Part shown: in pieces, positions 8,678-18,675 of the stretch
How positions within the stretch are numbered: the first letter of the stretch is position 1
Layout of the letters: every line of letters begins with the position of its first letter
Assembly: GCA_043814055.1 (NCBI GenBank)
Contig: JBDRKL010000007.1
Location: 32,001-96,000, forward strand
Direction: 5' to 3'
DNA: 64,000 nt
Source of the DNA: an archaeon
GTDB taxonomy: Archaea; Undinarchaeota; Undinarchaeia; Undinarchaeales; JBDRKL01
The notes under the pieces: generated by a model
The model's input: only the letters and a program-made list of their open reading frames with translations
What the model was told of the DNA's origin: nothing
Database searches by the model: none
Position numbers and translations under genes: made by a program

Positions 8678-8968
8678 ATGTACTACATACCATATGGCTA
8701 CTGGGGAGTTGAACATATGCTTTTCTATGACATACCATTGTTCCTGCTCTGCTTCGGGCTTATTGTCATAGTTATGAAGTTTGTGGTTCGCCTGCAGGAC
8801 CCGGTAATGAACACGGCGATTGCAGCGTTCGCGGCATCGCTGGCTTATTTCATAATCAAGAGTGAGCAAGTTCTTTACAAGTTTTTTTATGATAGCTGGA
8901 GCGCAATGCTGGGAATTTTTGTAATGCTAATAATACTGCTGATGCTCTGGTTTATGATAAAACTCTAG
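8678..8968 (+). CDS. small 3-TM protein (paralogue of 8261)
   Basis: ATG 8678 directly follows the duplicated GKVFAG* end; the upstream ORF-track extension runs through hairpins and looks non-coding. Confidence 0.75.
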   Translation: MYYIPYGYWGVEHMLFYDIPLFLLCFGLIVIVMKFVVRLQDPVMNTAIAAFAASLAYFIIKSEQVLYKFFYDSWSAMLGIFVMLIILLMLWFMIKL

Positions 8969-9684
8969 ACCTTTTTTGGAGCCATTGCCCTTAGTTCAGT
9001 TATGAGCGCGGGCAGGGCAGTGTTCATCAGGCTGTTGAGCGCCTCAACTGTGGATTTTATCTCGTCAAGCTCGGATGTAATGTCGTCAAGATTGAGGTTG
9101 TCCGCAAGAGAGGTTAGTGATAATTTTATTTTTTCCTGCGACTCAGCGAGCTCATCCAGCTTGTGCTCAAGCTCTTCAAGCTTTGGCTCAAAGTCAGGCG
9201 CTGGCGCGTATTCCTGCTCGGGCATTGGAGGCATTTCTTCTGGAGCCGGATTCATTTCAGCTTCAGGAGCGTATTCCTGCGGCGGTGCATCATACTCAGA
9301 CTCACCTTGGACCTGGAAAGGGTCTGGCTCAGAAGGCAATTCCTCGTTGTATTCGCCCTGCTCGGCTGCCCCATAATCATTCTCCAAGAAATTGTCACCG
9401 CCGTGGCCGACCTCTGCCTTGACCTGCTGGTGATATTCTGCGTCTCCGCCCTGGTTCTGTGGATACATTGGAGGGAAAATCTCGTCAAGCGGATCCTTTG
9501 GCTGCGGGCCCTTGTATCCTGGCATGTCCATAGGAGCGCTCTTCGCCATTACAGGTGTGTTGTCTGAGGGCTCTTCCTCAAAAGGCGATGCATTTGGAGT
9601 GTCGCCAAATGGCGGGTTGCCCTCAAAGGGAGAAGCAAATGCGGTTGATTCTTCTTCCTTTTTTCGCTTTAGTGGATTTGCCAT
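8965..9684 (-). CDS. acidic Pro/Glu-rich low-complexity protein with C-terminal coiled coil
   Basis: ASPFE and QEYAP repeats; heptad tail LEELEHKLDELAESQEKIK. Confidence 0.75.
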   Translation of the reverse strand: MANPLKRKKEEESTAFASPFEGNPPFGDTPNASPFEEEPSDNTPVMAKSAPMDMPGYKGPQPKDPLDEIFPPMYPQNQGGDAEYHQQVKAEVGHGGDNFLENDYGAAEQGEYNEELPSEPDPFQVQGESEYDAPPQEYAPEAEMNPAPEEMPPMPEQEYAPAPDFEPKLEELEHKLDELAESQEKIKLSLTSLADNLNLDDITSELDEIKSTVEALNSLMNTALPALITELRAMAPKKV

Positions 9685-9686
9685 TA

Positions 9687-10034
9687 TTATGCACCTGTCC
9701 CCTTGCTTACGATTTGATCAAGTATTCGCTTTGCGTCCTCCTTGGTCATTCCCGCGCCTGATGCGGATGCGCCAAGGGCGAGTACAGACCTTGCAGGTAT
9801 TTTGACCTTTGAAATCTTGTCCTTGATTTCGCGCATATCCTGCATGAGATTGTCTATGCGTTCGCGGAGTTCTTTCTTGAGCTCTAGGAAGTTGCGGTTG
9901 ATGAGCTGGATTTGCTTGCGCTCGTTGAGGATATTCTGCTCGTTAATTCGGATTTTGGAGTCAAGGCTGTTGACTCTCCAGCTTAACTCATTCAGAACTT
10001 CCTCGCGCGACAGTGGCTGTTGTCCAGAGCTCAT
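9687..10034 (-). CDS. small coiled-coil protein divergent from the pilus ATPase
   Basis: Heptad pattern; TATA-like TTATTAA about 29 nt upstream on the minus strand. Confidence 0.75.
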   Translation of the reverse strand: MSSGQQPLSREEVLNELSWRVNSLDSKIRINEQNILNERKQIQLINRNFLELKKELRERIDNLMQDMREIKDKISKVKIPARSVLALGASASGAGMTKEDAKRILDQIVSKGTGA

Positions 10035-10086
10035 TGATTGGGATATGGCGAGTTGGTTAATAAGTGTTTTTGTTCTTCATCTACAA

Positions 10087-10096
10087 ACTTAAATAC
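10087..10096 (+). promoter_or_regulatory. archaeal TATA box for the pilus operon (leaderless-type spacing)
   Basis: acTTAAATAc about 29 nt upstream of ATG 10118; no RBS. Confidence 0.6.
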
Positions 10097-10117
10097 TTCA
10101 ACCCATTATTCTGATTT

Positions 10118-12430
10118 ATGCCAGAGATGAAGCCCGGCTCATATGAAGTGCAGAAAGAAGGAGACCAGACTGTCATTCGGTTCAACTGGGTTGGCGTGCC
10201 TTACAGCCCGTCAATTGAGGATGACCCGGAAACAATGTCCCGCGTCATAGACGCGATTCTCCAGGTTAGGGATGTTGACCGCATAGTGGTCGCGGAGGCT
10301 TACGAATATGAATATCCGCCGGACCAAACTAAAATTCTTGTTGAAATTGCCGAGACAATAGACCGATTGCTCCGCGGGGAGAACATTCTGTCAAAAGCAA
10401 AGAAGACCATTGCGGGCTGCGACCGCTGCGCAACCGAGCGCTTTGCATTCGTTGAGGACTTGCTGATTAACAAGATGAGGCGCGACCCAATCGCTGCGTA
10501 TATGAGCGTTCTCCGCGAGCTCAAGGACGCGGACGCAACCATACAATCGGTGAAATTTGACAAGTGTGCGGCCTGCTATGAGAATTATATCAACAATGTG
10601 CTGGACGTAATAAAGAGTAGCCTTGAGCAAACCCAGCTGATAAAGGCAATACTGCCAATTATTAGACAGGTACGACCAGGGGACCGGCTGGCTTACAGCG
10701 AGGTGTTCTCGCCGACCATTATGCCGAACTTCACGCTCACAAGGTACATGATAAGGCCGCCCAGCGACGGAGAATTAATAGACCAGTACACTCTGCTGGG
10801 CGACACTGATGTTGAGATTTACAGAATACCCCGCAAGACCGAGAAGTACTATCACATTGTCCCGCCGGAGTTCAAGCTCCCTGAGGACGAGTACATGGTT
10901 CTTGGGCTCGCGAGGAAGGTCATGCTTGGCTACAAGCCGAGCACTACGAGATTCACCGAGCACACGAGGGATTACTTCCAGAGGGTTGGCGAAGATTTGA
11001 TAGGCACTGTAGCAGGGGAGCAGAATATTGATTTGGGCTATGAAAAGGTGAAAGCTCTCTCGCAAATTCTCACAAGGTATACCACGGGTCTGGGCATAAT
11101 GGAAATACTGCTCGCGGACCCGAAGCTGCAGGACATTTACATAAACGCGCCAATCGGCGAGATGCCGATTCGCGTTTTGCACGCAGACTGGGAAGAGTGT
11201 GTCACGAATCTTATTCCGACCAGAGAGGACGCGCAAGCAATGGCAGCACGCTTCAGGCTTGAATCCGGAAGACCGCTGGACGAGGCAGAGCCAGTCTTGG
11301 ATACTAGCATTACGGTCCCAGGGGGAAGGGCGCGTGTCTGCGTTATCGCGAAGAACCTGAGCCCGCGCGGCTTGGCGTTCTGCTTCAGGAGGCACAGGAG
11401 CAAGCCGTGGACCTACCCGCTTTTCATAGCAAACAATATGATGAACTCGCTGTCAGCAGGGTTGTTGTGGTTCATCATAGATGGGGGGAGAACCATGCTG
11501 TTCGCTGGACCGCGAAGCTCTGGAAAAACCTCAATGCTTTCATCCACGATTGTGGAGATTATGAAAAAGTACCGCATCTTGTCAGTTGAAGACACGCTTG
11601 AACTGCCAATTGACGAGTACAGGGCGCTTGGGTTCAACGTGCTCTCAATGAAGGTGCAGTCTGTAATTACAAAACTTGAGGCAGAAGTCCCAGCTGACGA
11701 GGGAATAAGAACCGCGCTGCGCCTGGGTGACTCGTGTTTGATTATTGGCGAGGTTCGTTCAACTGAAGCAAAGGCGCTGTATGAGGCAATGCGGGTCGGC
11801 GCGCTGAGCAACGTTGTTGCAGGAACTATTCACGGGGATACTCCGTATGGTGTCTGGGACCGTGTTGTTAATGACCTGGGAGTTCCAACCACATCTTTCA
11901 AGGCAACTGACATACTCATAATGCCTGCCCCGATTAGGAGTGCGGATGGAATGCATAGGTACAGGCGCGTTGTCACGATTACAGAGGTCGGCAAGAACTG
12001 GACCGAGGACCCGCTGAAAGAAGGCGGTTTCACTGAATTGTTCAAGTATAATGCAAAGACAGACTCTCTTGAGGCGACCAAGGAGTTTCTGAACGGGGAC
12101 TCTGAAATTGTTAAAGCGATTGCATCGCGGGTCAAGGAATGGTCCGGGAACTGGGAAACCACGCTTGGCAACATTCAGCTAAGAGCGGACATAAAACAGG
12201 GCATTGTTGACCTTGCCAAGAAGAGCAAGAGGCCGGAGCTACTTGAGGCGCCGTTCGTTGGAGATGCCAACAACATGTTCCACATATTCTCTTCAGAAGT
12301 TAATCGCGAGCTTGGCGCGTTTGACTCCAAGGAAATACTCAAGAGGTGGAGGGACTGGTCACGCGACGAGGTAACTGGCAAGAACAAGAAAAAAGCAACG
12401 GAGACTGTGGAGTGGGAGTCCGGGGAATAA
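10118..12430 (+). CDS. type IV pilus / type II secretion assembly ATPase (PilB/TadA/VirB11 family)
   Basis: Walker A GPRSSGKT, SVEDTLEL Asp box, ALRLG...IIGEVRS Walker B, GTIHG His box. Confidence 0.93.
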   Translation: MPEMKPGSYEVQKEGDQTVIRFNWVGVPYSPSIEDDPETMSRVIDAILQVRDVDRIVVAEAYEYEYPPDQTKILVEIAETIDRLLRGENILSKAKKTIAGCDRCATERFAFVEDLLINKMRRDPIAAYMSVLRELKDADATIQSVKFDKCAACYENYINNVLDVIKSSLEQTQLIKAILPIIRQVRPGDRLAYSEVFSPTIMPNFTLTRYMIRPPSDGELIDQYTLLGDTDVEIYRIPRKTEKYYHIVPPEFKLPEDEYMVLGLARKVMLGYKPSTTRFTEHTRDYFQRVGEDLIGTVAGEQNIDLGYEKVKALSQILTRYTTGLGIMEILLADPKLQDIYINAPIGEMPIRVLHADWEECVTNLIPTREDAQAMAARFRLESGRPLDEAEPVLDTSITVPGGRARVCVIAKNLSPRGLAFCFRRHRSKPWTYPLFIANNMMNSLSAGLLWFIIDGGRTMLFAGPRSSGKTSMLSSTIVEIMKKYRILSVEDTLELPIDEYRALGFNVLSMKVQSVITKLEAEVPADEGIRTALRLGDSCLIIGEVRSTEAKALYEAMRVGALSNVVAGTIHGDTPYGVWDRVVNDLGVPTTSFKATDILIMPAPIRSADGMHRYRRVVTITEVGKNWTEDPLKEGGFTELFKYNAKTDSLEATKEFLNGDSEIVKAIASRVKEWSGNWETTLGNIQLRADIKQGIVDLAKKSKRPELLEAPFVGDANNMFHIFSSEVNRELGAFDSKEILKRWRDWSRDEVTGKNKKKATETVEWESGE

Positions 12431-14517
12431 TGGCGCTTTTTAAGAAGAAGGACAAGAACGATGAAATTCCAATACTGAAAGAGCAGAGGGAACTCCAGGA
12501 GCTTGTCAAGAAGTACAGGGAAAAAGAGCGGGAGAAGAGTTTAGTTGATAACGAGTTCACGCTTGAGTCTAACGAATACCAGCAATTTGTAGGGGAACGC
12601 GCGGAAGGAAAAAAATCGCACACTTATTTTGAAAAACTATGCAGCTTTTCGGGCAAGCACCTCAAAGTAGGCATGAAGAAGAAGGATGAAGACAAGATGA
12701 ATGAACATCTCTACTTCATTGGATACAACATAGAGGCAAGGGACGTGATAAGCTTCAGCATACTCACTTTTTTGATTTCAGTATTCATTGCTGGCGCGCT
12801 CCTGCTATTCTCGTTCCCGGCAGCGCTTATAATAATAATGATTGGATTGAGTGGATTGTTTGGAATTCAGCAATACCCGAAATACCTCTCCAAGCTTTAC
12901 ATAATGGACACCCTGAACGAGATGCCACTCGCGATAACGTATATGGTCATATACATGCGCTCAGCACCGACTCTTGAGGGCGCGGTGAGGTTCACGGCGA
13001 GGCACTTGAGCGGGTCGCTCGGCAGGGATCTTGAGAAAATGCTCTGGGACCTGGAAACTAATATTTACACGAATATGGATGACGCGCTCGCGAACTACGC
13101 AGCCAAGTGGAGGGATGCGAACAAGAACTTCTCAAATTCAATAGAGGTTTTGAGGAACTCTGAGAAGATTGGGAACGAGGGCGAGAGACTCAAGATGCTG
13201 GACGAAGCCACTAACATAATACTTAGCGGGAATTTGGAGACAATGGAATCCTTCGGCCGCAGCTTGAAGATGCCAATCATAGTCCTTTACATGATGTGCA
13301 TAGTGCTCCCGGTTATGGGATTGGTCATTGCGCCCGTGATGACAACGCTGGTTTCGCAGGGAGTTAGCGTGAACGCCATTGCGCTTGTGTATAACATAAT
13401 TCTTCCGCTGTTCGTTTACTTCTTCATCAAGTTCATAATGAGCAAGCGGCCCGGCTCTTTCATGAACCCGGACATAAGCACCCACCCTGGGCTTCCAAAG
13501 CCAGGGCATATGAGAGTTGGGAGCCATGACCTGCCGCTTTTGCCACTGTCAATAATCATATTTTTCGTTGTGTCACTCCCAACATTCCTGATGTTTGCGA
13601 ACCCTCCAGAGAATGTCGGCTATAGCCTGGCAAACATCCTGAAGTCCCTGGCAATCGTGTGGGGCGCTGCGCTGGCGATAGGCTTGTATGGCTGGGGGAG
13701 CTCATTCCAGAAGCTCAGTGTCAGGAAGAACCTGATTGAGCTTGAGCGCGACTTGGATATTGCCATATACACGATGGCTGACAAGCTCAAGATGGGCATA
13801 CCCATAGAGCGCGCGGTTGCAGACACCTCAGAATCCATGAAGACAGGCGCAATGAAAGAGTTCCTTGACAAGATTGGGACGAACATGAAGAACTTTGGAA
13901 TGCCCTTTGAGACTGCCATATTTGACCCAAAAAACGGCGCTCTGATAAATTATCCGTCAAAGCTGGTCAGGACGATAATGGAGGTTCTGGTGGAGAGCGC
14001 GCAGAAGGGAATAAAAGCCACTGCGACTTCAATGGCCACCATAGGCACGTACCTAAAGAACCTGAAGAAGGTCAACCTCACGATTGAAGAGCTTTTATCT
14101 GAGACCGCGAACACGATGAAGTTCCAGGCGCAGTTCATGACCTCATTCATTGCCGGCATCATAATCTCGCTTGACGTTCTCCTGTTCAAGATACTAACCG
14201 AGCTCGGGGGCAAGATAAACAGCTTGGACGTGTCCGCAGATGTAACTGGCAGCGTTGGGGTAAGCGGCATATTCCAGAACAGCATGTTCAACGTCGCGTC
14301 CGCGATACCTGCTGAACAAATGCAGATAGTAGTTGGCATCTATATGATACAGGTCACGTTCCTGCTCTCACTGCTCATCAATGGAGTCCAGAATGGGAGA
14401 GATAACATATACAGGAACTATATGGTGGGGAAAAACCTAATGATAGCCACGCTTGTTTACACGATTGCAATGCTGGCAGGAGTGTTCCTGTTTTCCGCGT
14501 TCAAACTGGGGGTATAA
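12430..14517 (+). CDS. pilus membrane platform protein (TadC/PilC/GspF family, two fused halves)
   Basis: TAATG-coupled to the ATPase; two T2SSF-like repeats (YMRSAPTLEGAV and KLKMGIPIERAV), many TMs. Confidence 0.88.
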   Translation: MALFKKKDKNDEIPILKEQRELQELVKKYREKEREKSLVDNEFTLESNEYQQFVGERAEGKKSHTYFEKLCSFSGKHLKVGMKKKDEDKMNEHLYFIGYNIEARDVISFSILTFLISVFIAGALLLFSFPAALIIIMIGLSGLFGIQQYPKYLSKLYIMDTLNEMPLAITYMVIYMRSAPTLEGAVRFTARHLSGSLGRDLEKMLWDLETNIYTNMDDALANYAAKWRDANKNFSNSIEVLRNSEKIGNEGERLKMLDEATNIILSGNLETMESFGRSLKMPIIVLYMMCIVLPVMGLVIAPVMTTLVSQGVSVNAIALVYNIILPLFVYFFIKFIMSKRPGSFMNPDISTHPGLPKPGHMRVGSHDLPLLPLSIIIFFVVSLPTFLMFANPPENVGYSLANILKSLAIVWGAALAIGLYGWGSSFQKLSVRKNLIELERDLDIAIYTMADKLKMGIPIERAVADTSESMKTGAMKEFLDKIGTNMKNFGMPFETAIFDPKNGALINYPSKLVRTIMEVLVESAQKGIKATATSMATIGTYLKNLKKVNLTIEELLSETANTMKFQAQFMTSFIAGIIISLDVLLFKILTELGGKINSLDVSADVTGSVGVSGIFQNSMFNVASAIPAEQMQIVVGIYMIQVTFLLSLLINGVQNGRDNIYRNYMVGKNLMIATLVYTIAMLAGVFLFSAFKLGV

Positions 14518-14519
14518 AA

Positions 14520-14639
14520 ATGAGAAACAGAAAAGCCGCGCTTGAATATATGGTGAAGATTATAATGACCGTGGTGATGGTCATCATATTCGGCACTTTG
14601 ACCTACATGATATTCATCAATGAAGTGAGGGGCGGGTAA
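14520..14639 (+). CDS. 39 aa class III signal-peptide mini-pilin (not in ORF track)
   Basis: MRNRKA/ALEYMVKIIMTVVMVIIFGTLTYMIFINEVRGG*. Confidence 0.75.
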   Translation: MRNRKAALEYMVKIIMTVVMVIIFGTLTYMIFINEVRGG

Positions 14640-14644
14640 AAGGT

Positions 14645-15295
14645 ATGATACGGCTGGACCTCTTGCCAAAAATACTGTACAGGCCGCGCGAGGCATTTGA
14701 GGAGCTCAGGGGAGATGCGAATGGAAAGGACGGACTCTTGCTATATGTTTCAATTGCCATACTCTCGCTGATGATGGCTATTGGAGTTTCACAAGCCACA
14801 AAGATAAGCTTGATGCCGCTTGACTTCGGATTTGGGGCAGTTCTTACCGCTGGCACGGCTTCGGCCGTGTTCTTTGTTGAAATAGTTCACTTCGGGCTTC
14901 TGGCTGCTTTTTCAAATTTCTTCGCGCTGAAAATGGGAGGAGATGGGAATTTCTCAAATATGCTCGGAATGTTTGGATATGCGCGGGTCTTGTTTTTAAT
15001 AAAAGCCATTGTGTCTGCGCTGATTGTCGCGTGGATATACACTGCAGGAATTTTTGCCGCAACACGGGCGATACAGGGAAACCTTGCCCCGCCTAATTTG
15101 TTTTTGATTGGGGCTGTTGTTTTGCTGGCCAATCTCGTGCTTGGCATTTGGAGCATTGGACTGTACATTGCCGCAACCTCAAAGGCGCATAACATTTCGC
15201 TTGCAAAGAGTTTCGTGAGCGTCATCATATCTGCAGTAGTGCTGGGGTTTATGGTCTATGGACTGGCACTTCTTCTTGTAAGGGGTGCTGCCTAA
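14645..15295 (+). CDS. Yip1-domain membrane protein
   Basis: KILYRPREAFEEL, MGGDGNF...MFGYA, AHNISLAKS; 5 TMs. Confidence 0.85.
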   Translation: MIRLDLLPKILYRPREAFEELRGDANGKDGLLLYVSIAILSLMMAIGVSQATKISLMPLDFGFGAVLTAGTASAVFFVEIVHFGLLAAFSNFFALKMGGDGNFSNMLGMFGYARVLFLIKAIVSALIVAWIYTAGIFAATRAIQGNLAPPNLFLIGAVVLLANLVLGIWSIGLYIAATSKAHNISLAKSFVSVIISAVVLGFMVYGLALLLVRGAA

Positions 15296-15296
15296 G

Positions 15297-16511
15297 ATGA
15301 AAAAACTCGGTATAAAGGGAGAAGTCGGAGGTGACGTGATACTTTCAATAGTATTCGTATTCATCATTTTTATCAGCGCCTTTGCGCTAATTGGAATTGG
15401 AGATGCGGTTTACAAAAATTCAGCCGGGGACCTGCGGATTCTTGAGTGCAGGAAATCACTTGAGTTCAAAAATGGATGGAATGAACAGCTGATTAGCGGG
15501 ATGAACAATGCTTATCAGGCAGGAGCTAGTGTGTTTGAGCCATTTGTGCGAATGGCTAATGTAGGCAGGAATGTTGAAGAATATGGCACAGGCGGGGTAA
15601 CTGTGGGGGGCAATGCAGGACTTGGAGGCGCAGTGATTGGAGGAATAGTTGGAGTTGGAGTTGGAGCCGGGGTTGGACTGTTTGATGATACTAACATTGT
15701 AAAAGATGCAATGAAAGGTGCCGTGAATGTTGCAGAGTACAAGACTGACACCTGCGTGGAGCGCCTGCCAGCGAAATGTGAGAACCCCGCGGAGTACGCA
15801 GCTGTGTGCGTATACGAGCACATTGCAAAAACTTATTACGGGCTTGGGGGCGGGACTCTTTTTGACGCGAAAACCACGAATGAGCAAGATGATAATTTCT
15901 ATGCCTACGAAATGGTAGTGAACATCACAAGTCCCTCCACTGTGCCGCTTTACGGCGACTGCAGTAATTACGCGGACAATCCGGAAGAGGTGGTGAGCGG
16001 AGTTATGCTAACTGAAACAAGTGACGGACACTGCAACGCGACCATAAGCAAGCTTGACGAGCGCCTGATAACACTTGTCATGATATCACGGTGCCAGAGG
16101 TATGGACCAACTGACCTGGGGAATTGCAAGTGCTTCCCTTCACCAGAGGGTGGGCACCATCTTAGAAATGGCTTGCACAACAATATCATAAGCGAGGGTG
16201 CATCAAATACCAGCGGGTCACTGCTTATGAATGACGACCTGTACAAGAACGCGCCTTATCCAATGGACCCTGAAAACTGGGACAGCAGCCCGAATCCGAT
16301 GTACTCCGGGTGTGGCGGCAGGTTCCCAGGGGACGCGGACATAGCGAAGTACATATCCATACCACAGAATGATAAAAATGGCGTGCATTACGAAGTTAAC
16401 ATTGATACAGACCCCATACTCATAAAGACCTTGTTTGGGCTGGGGGGAGAGAAAACGGTCTTAATACGCTTGAGCAGGAACGCAACCAGAGTTTTTGTTG
16501 AGCCGCTGTAG
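15297..16511 (+). CDS. class III signal-peptide adhesin or minor pilin with a glycine-zipper segment
   Basis: MKKLGIKG/EVGGDVILSIVFVF; Cys-rich body paralogous to 17203. Confidence 0.75.
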   Translation: MKKLGIKGEVGGDVILSIVFVFIIFISAFALIGIGDAVYKNSAGDLRILECRKSLEFKNGWNEQLISGMNNAYQAGASVFEPFVRMANVGRNVEEYGTGGVTVGGNAGLGGAVIGGIVGVGVGAGVGLFDDTNIVKDAMKGAVNVAEYKTDTCVERLPAKCENPAEYAAVCVYEHIAKTYYGLGGGTLFDAKTTNEQDDNFYAYEMVVNITSPSTVPLYGDCSNYADNPEEVVSGVMLTETSDGHCNATISKLDERLITLVMISRCQRYGPTDLGNCKCFPSPEGGHHLRNGLHNNIISEGASNTSGSLLMNDDLYKNAPYPMDPENWDSSPNPMYSGCGGRFPGDADIAKYISIPQNDKNGVHYEVNIDTDPILIKTLFGLGGEKTVLIRLSRNATRVFVEPL

Positions 16512-16555
16512 GCAAACTAGCAAACAATTTAAATAAAGGGGGTTTATGACAGCTT

Positions 16556-17206
16556 ATGGTAAGAATTGACCTCGCCTGGAAGATACTGCACAAGCCGCGC
16601 GAGGCATTTGAGGAACTAAAGGACAGTGTTGACTGGAAAGAAGGACTGACTGTCTATGGAATATACTCGCTTATCGGGTTGATTTTTTGCGGGGCAATGA
16701 TTAAGATGACTGGGCTCCAAATAATTCCAATTGACTTTGGGTTTGGGGGTTTTGTAAATGCAAGGTCGCTTGTATTTTCATTTGCCTATGGGATCGCGTT
16801 CCTTGGGGTATTCGCCGCAATGTCAAACTTCTTTGCCAGGAGACTGGGCGGCAACGGAAGCTTTAATGAAGTGCTTGGAATGTTCGGCTATGCGCAGGCG
16901 ATTGCGATAGTTCAGGGGTTAACCGGAGCTGTGATGCTTCTTGCCTTTAAGTTTAAGATGTTGGCTGACATCGGAGCAGCGATTGAGACTGGAGTAGTAG
17001 GGGTGAGTGATTACAGCTGGTTCCTCATAGGCGGGCTGATACTGGCAAACATATTTTATATTTGGGTTGGCGTGTTGCGCGGAGTTTCACTTTCAGTATC
17101 GCACGAGATTTCATTAATTCGCGGAATTGCTGCATCTTTCCTGCCGCTTTTGATTGTTGAGGTGGTGCTGTTTCTCGTGCTCCGAGCCATGGGAGTTGTC
17201 TCATGA
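16556..17206 (+). CDS. Yip1-domain membrane protein (paralogue of 14645)
   Basis: KILHKPREAFEEL, LGGNGSF...MFGYA; own TTTAAATA box about 28 nt upstream. Confidence 0.85.
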   Translation: MVRIDLAWKILHKPREAFEELKDSVDWKEGLTVYGIYSLIGLIFCGAMIKMTGLQIIPIDFGFGGFVNARSLVFSFAYGIAFLGVFAAMSNFFARRLGGNGSFNEVLGMFGYAQAIAIVQGLTGAVMLLAFKFKMLADIGAAIETGVVGVSDYSWFLIGGLILANIFYIWVGVLRGVSLSVSHEISLIRGIAASFLPLLIVEVVLFLVLRAMGVVS

Positions 17207-18339
17207 ACCGGAACCTGAGGAATAAGAGAGGTGGACCGAGTTCTTTCGTGCTCATAGTGATAACCATTTTAATCATACTTATTTCCGGAGCCGCAATAGG
17301 CAGTTTCAGCGCGAGCGCATCTTCAATAATCCCAGGAAAGGTGAGTGTGCAGAAGTGCAGATGGACTCTTGACATAAAGCACAAGTGGGATAATATGGTT
17401 GACGGGGGAGCGAAGGATATAGCAGATATAGGTAGAGATGTTGACAGCCATACTTGGCTCCCAGGTGAGAATGTGCAAAGAGTTGGCAATACGTTCAGTG
17501 GTAATGGCTGGAATAGTAATTTGGAGTTAGGAGCCAATGATATGGAAGAGGGGGGTCTGGATTCACTAAAGCTTAGCGTGGATATGTGCGTGGCGAACAC
17601 AAAGGTTAGTTGTATAGGTCCTGCGGATTATGTCGCTGACTGTCTGTACTCGTTGAGCACTGACACTTACTACGGGCTTGGCGGGGGAAAGGAAGAGGCA
17701 AAGACCAAGAATTACATTGACGATACCACGTGGGAAAATTTTGTCCTTTTCAACATATCGGTCAACATAACAAGACCAGGGAACATAAAACTGTATGGGG
17801 GCTGTGACAATTACACAACCCAAAGCGATGTAACCACGAGTACTTTCACGTTCCAGCAAATGACTGACGGAAACTGCAACGTCACCATACGGAATCTGGA
17901 CGAGGCACTTATTACGCTTGTTATGATATCAAAATGCCAGGATTATGGACCAGGGGATACTGAGAACTGCAAGTGCTTCCCGTGGGCTCATATTGGAAAC
18001 CAGCTTGGAAACGGGCTTCACAATAACAATGTGAGCGATGATGCGAGCTGGTCACCCAATTCAGGAACATACTTGAGAGAGGATGTCTTCACTAGCGCGC
18101 CATATCCAAGTGACTTCTCAAACTGGACATCTGCACCGCATCCGGACTATGCAGGGTGTGGCGGGAAATTCCCAGGAGACGATGATATTCAGAATTATAT
18201 ATCAGACCCGAGGGACGGGCTCTCTGTTGGGGTTGACCACGACCCGATATTAATAACCTCAGAATTTAGGATTGGAGAACAGGAGAATGCTTTTACCCGG
18301 CTTGAGCTCACACGGGATCGCGTGTATATGTATGGATAA
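17203..18339 (+). CDS. class III signal-peptide adhesin or minor pilin (paralogue of 15297)
   Basis: MNRNLRNKRG/GPSSFVLIVITIL; shared TYYGLGGG, LITLVMISxCQxYGP, NCKCFP, NGLHNN and GCGGxFPGD. Confidence 0.78.
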   Translation: MNRNLRNKRGGPSSFVLIVITILIILISGAAIGSFSASASSIIPGKVSVQKCRWTLDIKHKWDNMVDGGAKDIADIGRDVDSHTWLPGENVQRVGNTFSGNGWNSNLELGANDMEEGGLDSLKLSVDMCVANTKVSCIGPADYVADCLYSLSTDTYYGLGGGKEEAKTKNYIDDTTWENFVLFNISVNITRPGNIKLYGGCDNYTTQSDVTTSTFTFQQMTDGNCNVTIRNLDEALITLVMISKCQDYGPGDTENCKCFPWAHIGNQLGNGLHNNNVSDDASWSPNSGTYLREDVFTSAPYPSDFSNWTSAPHPDYAGCGGKFPGDDDIQNYISDPRDGLSVGVDHDPILITSEFRIGEQENAFTRLELTRDRVYMYG

Positions 18340-18475
18340 ATCAACAAACAAAAAAGCGGAACTCAGCATGACCTTCGGGACACTGATAGGGATAGTGATG
18401 GTTCTTGTGATTTTCGTAGTAGTAATGCTATTTTACAATCTTCTTGAAAAAATCGTGACAGGGATAACAGGATGA
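18332..18475 (+). CDS. 47 aa class III mini-pilin
   Basis: MDKSTNKKA/ELSMTFGTLIGIVMVLVIF. Confidence 0.75.
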   Translation: MDKSTNKKAELSMTFGTLIGIVMVLVIFVVVMLFYNLLEKIVTGITG

Positions 18476-18621
18476 AAATGAACAAGAAAGGCCAGATAAG
18501 CGCGAGCATGTTTATGATGATAGTTATGGCCATAGTTGGCATGCTGCTCATAGTGCTTGCCTATCAGCTTACTGCAAAGGGGAGCGCGCTTGGGCTGGAA
18601 GCAATACGCATATTTGGCTGA
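18472..18621 (+). CDS. 49 aa class III mini-pilin (not in ORF track)
   Basis: MKMNKKG/QISASMFMMIVMAIVGMLLIVLAYQ...RIFG*; ATGA overlap with the previous gene. Confidence 0.78.
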   Translation: MKMNKKGQISASMFMMIVMAIVGMLLIVLAYQLTAKGSALGLEAIRIFG

Positions 18622-18675
18622 GCTGATATGGGTTAACATTTAAATACTAGACGCCTAAATTAGAGCGGTGATTAT

